A stretch of DNA of 62,861 nt, counting the filler. It is 7 parts of 7 records of this genome, joined end to end, with 100 filler letters (N's around TTAATTAATTAA, not from the genome) between each part and the next. Parts side by side here need not be neighbours in the genome. Positions count along the whole stretch, not along the records: positions 56,706 to 62,861 come from SRR2962707_3891; 6 more parts are not named here. One strand, given 5' to 3'. Position numbers and translations under genes: made by a program. The notes under the pieces are model-generated. The model saw nothing but the letters and a program-made list of their open reading frames with translations, had not been told where the DNA came from and searched no databases. Below are positions 56,768 to 62,861 of the stretch, piece after piece; within the stretch, counting starts at the first letter, position 1, and each line of letters begins with the position of its first letter.

Positions 56768-59472
56768 GCTGTGAACATCGGAGGAATCGACGCACCCTCT
56801 GGCGAGTTTGATTTCTCCCAACCATCTCCAGATGACGTAGCCTTGCGTAAACGCCAGGGCTTGGGCCGCGGCGGGCATCAAAACACCTCCAGTGCATCAT
56901 CTGGAGGCGGGGCGAAAACCTCGCAACAGAAACTTGAGGCCCCCGAAGAGGGTGTGCTCCCTCACATTAATCTTGTTGTGGTTGGCCACGTAGATGCTGG
57001 AAAGAGCACCTTAATGGTGCGCAACTCTCGAGGCTGCTGCATCTCCAGTGCTATGGTGTCCTCCCTCGTGCCTATCAACGCGCTCTTTGCACTTTGTAAC
57101 TGCCACTAATGTCTCTGCATTGGTGTGCTTTTGATTGTTGTGCGCATCAGGGACATCTGCTTTTGAAGCTGGACTTTGTCAGTAAGCAAACCCTTCAAAA
57201 ATACAAGAAACAGTCCGAGACGGCAGGAAAAGGCTCTTTTGCTTTTGCTTGGGTGCGCAATCTTGGCTTGTTCTCAAATGCAGCGCTCTTTGTGCCAGTG
57301 TCTATCGCCGTGCCGGGAAGGGGGGACGCCTCACAGTCCATCATGGTCGTTGCTGCTTTCAGGTCATGGATGAGCACGAGACTGAACGCGAACGTGGGGT
57401 CACAATTGACGTTGGGGTGACGCACTTCGCCACAGATCACCGCCGCCTTACTCTCCTCGATGCCCCCGGTCACCGGGATTTCATTCCCAACATGATTACT
57501 GGTGCATCGCAGGCCGACGCAGCGATTCTTGTGGTCCCCTGCAAGCACGGGGAATTCGAAAAAGCTTTCAGTCCGATGGGGCAAACCAAAGAGCACGTGC
57601 GTCACTGTCTCTACCGTGCCGTTGTTTGTGGTTCCGCTTCGTCGGCAATCACCACATTGCATGTGCTATGCAGTATGCGCGTGTTGCTTGTTTGAACATT
57701 TCTTCTTTATTTGCCTCCTCAAATTGTGCCGGATGCCGTTCCGTTTGTATCGTGCACGTTGCCAAATACTATGGACGTAATTCAGGCAGTTTTGGTGTTC
57801 AGTTTCGGAGTGACGAATTTGGTGGTTGCCATTAATAAAATTGACACAGTCGACTGGGACCGCGAACGTTTTGACAGTGTTGTTGCGGAAGTTCTTGGTT
57901 TCTTGCTGAAGGTTCGCACCTGCGCACGGTGGCTGGCATTGCCACTGACAATTTGAAGCATGCTTGAACGGCCTGACATTCCTTCTGTCGCTTGTGAATT
58001 GGAAAAAGGTTGGCTTTAAGCGGGAAAACGTTGTATTTGTGCCCGTCAGTGGGTTTCGCGGAGACAACCTTGTGCCAGCTAGTCGTGGCGCCGACAATGC
58101 TAACGATGGCAAGCGGGGCGACAAAGTTCCAGCCGAAGGTGATTGGTACTACGACGGCTCGCACGCTGGAATCAGTTTGTTGGAGGCTATCGACCGACTG
58201 CCTCCGCCGGTGAGTGTCTTACGTGATTTGAATTGAGATACGTAGCGCCAACCCACGGGTATGGCTCCGTCACTGATGTTGTCCTTCATTGCCAGGAACA
58301 CAATTTGAATGCCCCGTGCCGAATGACCATTGCCGATACGTACCGTGGCAAAAAGGATTCCTGCGTGGTGGCTGGAAAATTAGAGGCTGGATGCCTGCGC
58401 CCTGGTGACGACGTGATTATCATGCCCAGCGAGGTTGTGTGCAAGGTCTGGACCAAAACTCAATTGCATTGCTGTTTTCGTTCATTCTGCCCTTTTCTGG
58501 ACTTTCCCCGCCGCTTCGTTCCTTGACAGCCTCTGGGGCTGCTCTGATTGCCTGCCTTAGGTCAAGAATGTTAACGTAAATGGGCAAACCGTGAAACGAG
58601 CAGTCGCGGGAAGCAACATCGACGTGTCCTTCACGGATGTAGCTTTCGGCCAAGCGTCAACGGGCTCAGTCCTGAGCTCTTTTCCCGATGCACGCGCCCC
58701 AGTCGTCAAACGTTTTCGTGGTTCGTTGCTGCAATGCTGCTAACAAGTGCTTTTGTCTTAGATTGTTTGACCCGTGCGCTCGCTTTTTGCGATTTGCGGT
58801 TTAGTTTAACGTGTACAAGCGTTTTTTGTTGTCACTTGGTTGGAAATGCAAGGTCGAATCCGCACCCTCCCAGCTATGGACGTTCCTATGCTCAAGCGCA
58901 TGAATTACACTCTACACATTCATAATTACGTAGGCCAGTGTGACGTGAGCAAGCTCAATAAGCTTTTGGATGGCGTTGCTGTCGCCATTCAACGTCAGAA
59001 GGAAAAGGTTTGTCGCAGCTTTTTGTTCGTTCTAGTACGCTCATGCTGTCGCATAGTCGTTGGCACTGACTCGGCTTCGCACCTTCGGGATTCTCAGGAA
59101 GCAAAAATTGCAGCGACAAATGAGGGAACCGGAGGAGGCGCTCTGCCCCCAGCGACCAAGCCACGTCGCCCACGTCGCATCACGGCCAATAGCACTGCCG
59201 TCATTGAAATTGAAGCCGAATTACCCGTGTGCTGTGAGCGTTTTGCGGACCTGGCGGTAGGTCACTTAGGCTGCTTTCAACCAAGCACCCCGATTAAAAT
59301 TGATGCGCGCTCGTGCTTACCTCACTTCTTGTTGCTGCTCGCTCACTTGCGTGTGCTCCGTGTTGGATCTCAGCCGCTAGGGCGATTTCTCTTAAGAGAC
59401 AAGGGCGTCACAGTTGCTGTGGGTAAAATCCTCAAAATCTTGGAAGTGAAGCCATCGATTTTGGACAGATGA
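56768..59472 (+). CDS. HBS1: HBS1-like translational GTPase (ribosome rescue), multi-exon, 5'-partial
   Basis: [75 protein letters not shown]. Confidence 0.9.
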
Positions 59473-59722
59473 AGCGCAGAATGACAATGAGCGCTTGTCG
59501 GCGTACCGGTTCCACGCCATTCGTGTTGTATGATTTGTAAAATAACACGATGTTAGGACGCGTCCGCCAATGGTGTGCATTGTGCCATGAACGATGATGA
59601 TTGCATGTTTAGTTATTCAACTTGCATGTTTCTTCCCTACGATCAACGATGGGCAATTCGCTGGCATACGTGCAGGAAAGCGTCAAAATCTTGGAGGTTC
59701 GCGGAAGTGTGAAGTACAAGGA

Positions 59723-62537
59723 TTACGCCTTGATACCACGCTTCGAGTTAGCCGGGACAACCGCAGATTGGGCGGGTGCCGTCTTTGAGGAGTTGAACTT
59801 GGCCAAAATGGTTGGTGCGGCAATTCGTATCAACGCGTAGATGTACACAAGGGGGCACACTATCACAAGGAAGCGGTTGAACACCGTGTAATTGAAGAGA
59901 GTGCGTCGGAACTCCAAACTGGGAGGAAGTGACGTTTTGGAGGAAACCGATTGCGCGAATGTGTCAACACAAGATGAAAAAGCAACAATCAAAGTGAGTT
60001 GCTGCGCTAACCACTTTGAACCGCCCAACCATACATAAACGACAACACAAGACATGAAAAAAAACAGACCTTGTCGGCGTGTCGGGGCTCAAGTTACTCA
60101 TGTATTTAGCAAAATCCTTGCCAGATGGAGGGTCTATTCCTTGCTCAGCGTCAATGGTGATTTCGTACCTGCAATCCGTGCAAGACCAAGTGGTCAGCTA
60201 ATCCGTTGCCGCAGCCGGCACAAACAGAAAGAAAGCCTCCGCGCAACATCATCCAGCACCACGCACGTACCCAGGGAAATCAAAAAAGGTGTCCACCAGC
60301 GGTGCAATGAACACAAACTTGACATTGGGAAACGAAATTTGATGAACAGCAAAAGCGAGAACAAAGAACTTTCTTTTAGGGTCAGCGAGTTGGACGAAGG
60401 CGCAGTTGCGGGACTTCACAATGGATAGACCCGACACCATCAGGAAAAAATAAGAAGCTGCAGGCCACGAGTACCTGCATACCACAGGCCACGAGTACAT
60501 TGACCATCACCCGCCGAATGGCAGAGGTGTCTCCATCAGATTTTTGGCCAAGCTTGTAAAAAATAATTCCTGTTGAAAGGAACGTCAGCTGAATGAACAA
60601 CTGCACGGTGATGAGGCAAATATACTGCCATTCGTAGGCAATTGTGGACCCTTGGATGGTGGAAGCAAAGACCCAGTTTCTGTGCGCACCCGAAAGCAGT
60701 AGGCAGTGAGACTATAGCGAGCAAAGCAAAACATCAGATATCCTCAGCACGATCATGGATCACAACACGTACAAAGACACGGCGATGAAGTACACGACGG
60801 CGAAGATTCGAAACACCATTTTCAGCCGCCCAACATCGGAGGACGCCTTCGTCAGTGACAACGACGCCTGAAGAAACATGAAAAAAAATTCCATTACCAA
60901 TGCGAAAAAGATTCCCCCCGATACGTGGTGCCAGAAAACACTGTGCAAGTGACACTGACCTCGCCGACATTCAACCATCGAATTGTGGCCAAAATCCAGG
61001 CCATATCACCAAACAAAACAAAAATTTGACGCATCGAGTCAATTGCCAGGTTACCGCCCATGTCCACCTATCCAGAGCGCAGCAATGAGCGTCACGGTAG
61101 GTAAGCATGCGCAGAAAAGGAGCAATGCAATCAATTGCATCCCTTCAAAGCGTGAAAAGCCCTTGCCAAGGCAGTCGGAAAATAATAGTCTGCGCCACAC
61201 GTACCTTACACTCGTCGTTAATAAGAAAAGTGTTGTTTGAGACCGCGCCGGGAGTTTCAATGCGTGGACAGCGTGAGATAAAAGCCCGATCAGCCAACGG
61301 GAGGTACACATTTGGGGTCCAACATGTGCCACCTTCTGGCCCAGAACCAAGAGACCGCACCAGCGTGAGGGCGCCTTGAACCACAATCATTACAATGGCG
61401 ATGCTCAAAAGCACAAATACTGTTTCCATCGATTCAAAGGCGCACCTGCCAAATTAGCAAAGCAGTCATGTTCGTTGAAACCACGCGCACACATCAATAC
61501 GAAAGACGCGATCATCGCCTTTGCAGGATGCAACGCGCGATATGTGTACGCTCACACTGATGGCATTGGACTCACTTTTTGGTCCCCCTCAGCTTCGGAA
61601 GCGCAAGCATGACGTTAATGACGTCCTTTGCCATGAAGGCTGCAACTACGACGGTGCCGAGGAAGAAAAACCACGCCCAAGCCTGTGCACGAGTAGCAAA
61701 TGAAATCCGAAACGAAGAAGTTAGGAAAAGGCAAGAACGAGTTTCTTCAAAATCGACTCCACTCCGCTCACTTGCTTCCTGCACCAACTTATTCATTTTT
61801 TTCTCGCACGTACCGCAGCGGGGTCTGAAGCGATGTCACACGAATCACCTTCCATGAGGCTTCCACTTTTGCAAAGGCAAATGCCTGCGTGATGCCCCGA
61901 GGGTGTGATCTCGGGTGGGATTGGCCAGCACTCTTGTGAGCAGTCGCAGTCGCTCCAGTGATTGCAGTAGGTTGCGTTTGCGGGGTCTTCCATCCACGGG
62001 TCGAGCCAAGCTTCGACTGTTGTGTCCAAACCCTCAGTCATGCCAGCCCCAATCGATGGAAGGATGCCGTTTGTAGTCCCCATATTGATGAGCACTTTGC
62101 TCGAGTTGATTCCAGGGCCGAAGAGCTCGAGTAGAAAAAGGAAAACCCAGGTCACCAGCAACAGTGTTGACACAATCCACCATCCAGGAGCCTTGTCTTT
62201 GCACGAGGAGACCGCGCAACCCTGAAAGTCATTGCAATCGTGCAAACAACCTGTAAGTTCAAACGATCGCACAAGCACCTTGCAGTTGCAATCTTAATCG
62301 TCGATTCAATACCTTCCCCTTTGATCCACAGTACAATTTCCACGTGAGCCCAAAGATGATGGGCCCTCCACAATAGAAGAGCATGAAAAAGAACCAACTG
62401 CCCCCGCTGCCCCCAAACGTGCGCGGTGGCTTCGTGGCAGCCATGGCAGTTGTACCGTTACCCGCATCAAGAGTTGTGGCGTTCAGGGCAGCGAGTCCGC
62501 GGGCCCCAGCACGCAGGGCATGCTCAGTGAAAGTCAT
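59723..62537 (-). CDS. Multi-exon polytopic membrane protein with a Cys-rich loop, function unknown
   Basis: About nine hydrophobic segments across exons separated by GT-AG introns. Loop YCNHWSDCDCSQEC..CLCKSG..C. ATG at 62537. Confidence 0.7.
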
Positions 62538-62861
62538 CGGTGTTTTGAAAAAGAAAGGTGATGAGTTCTCGAAAGTGGTTGATGCTGCGGCGAGCGGGTG
62601 CTGAGACCGATGGTAAGGGTCCAATCGAAGAAACGCAAACTTTGAAACTTTATTCAAGAACAATTCTGTATTTCCGCTTTCTGCTGGATAAACTTCGTAG
62701 TGCAGCTTCAGCGTTCATTGGTAAGCAGGAGCAGAACAGGCTGTGTTGCACCAAGGCTCACAAGATCCCAGGATGCAAAAGTCCATTGGGTGCGGGCAGA
62801 GGGAGTTGAAGAAAGCGATCGTTAGATTTTGATTCTTTCATTGCCGATAAAATATCTATAT

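Noticed and set aside
56768-59472. EF-1alpha or eRF3
   Set aside because: The PSPDD N-terminal motif, SFAFAW and GQTKEH fit HBS1 better.

Overview
The window is not one locus. It is seven unrelated contigs joined by artificial 100-bp spacers (44 N + TTAATTAATTAA + 44 N). Five contigs (1-8258, 8359-13448, 13549-34413, 34514-41288, 56706-62861) come from an intron-rich eukaryote, probably a protist (stramenopile-like, by inference). They encode a CAR/Git3-type GPCR fused to a catalytically degenerate TKL-like kinase, a secreted triple intelectin/fibrinogen-like protein, and an intronless BBE-like FAD oxidase with a SnoaL-like tail. They also encode a degenerate methyltransferase-ARM protein, an ~18 kb IQ/PDZ/Tudor/EF-hand scaffold gene, a secreted 7-bladed beta-propeller, SPOUT1, a FANCA-like protein, HBS1 and a multipass membrane protein. 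Two contigs are bacterial. 41389-50804 is gammaproteobacterial (Marinobacter-like): cobU/cobC/cobT/cbiB/cobS interleaved with an MFS transporter and ada-alkA/ogt, then an attI-like site and an integron gene cassette with no adjacent integrase. 50905-56605 is Rhodobacteraceae-like: ctaD, lipB, a lipid kinase/phosphoesterase pair, a peptidoglycan-binding protein and a tRNA-Leu fragment. The top leads are the GPCR-pseudokinase, the integrase-less integron platform with a repeated GGAGTTATACG palindrome array, the FANCA-like gene revealed by an in-frame GC-AG intron, and the giant scaffold. All family calls come from motif recognition by eye, not database searches, and eukaryotic exon boundaries are manual predictions.
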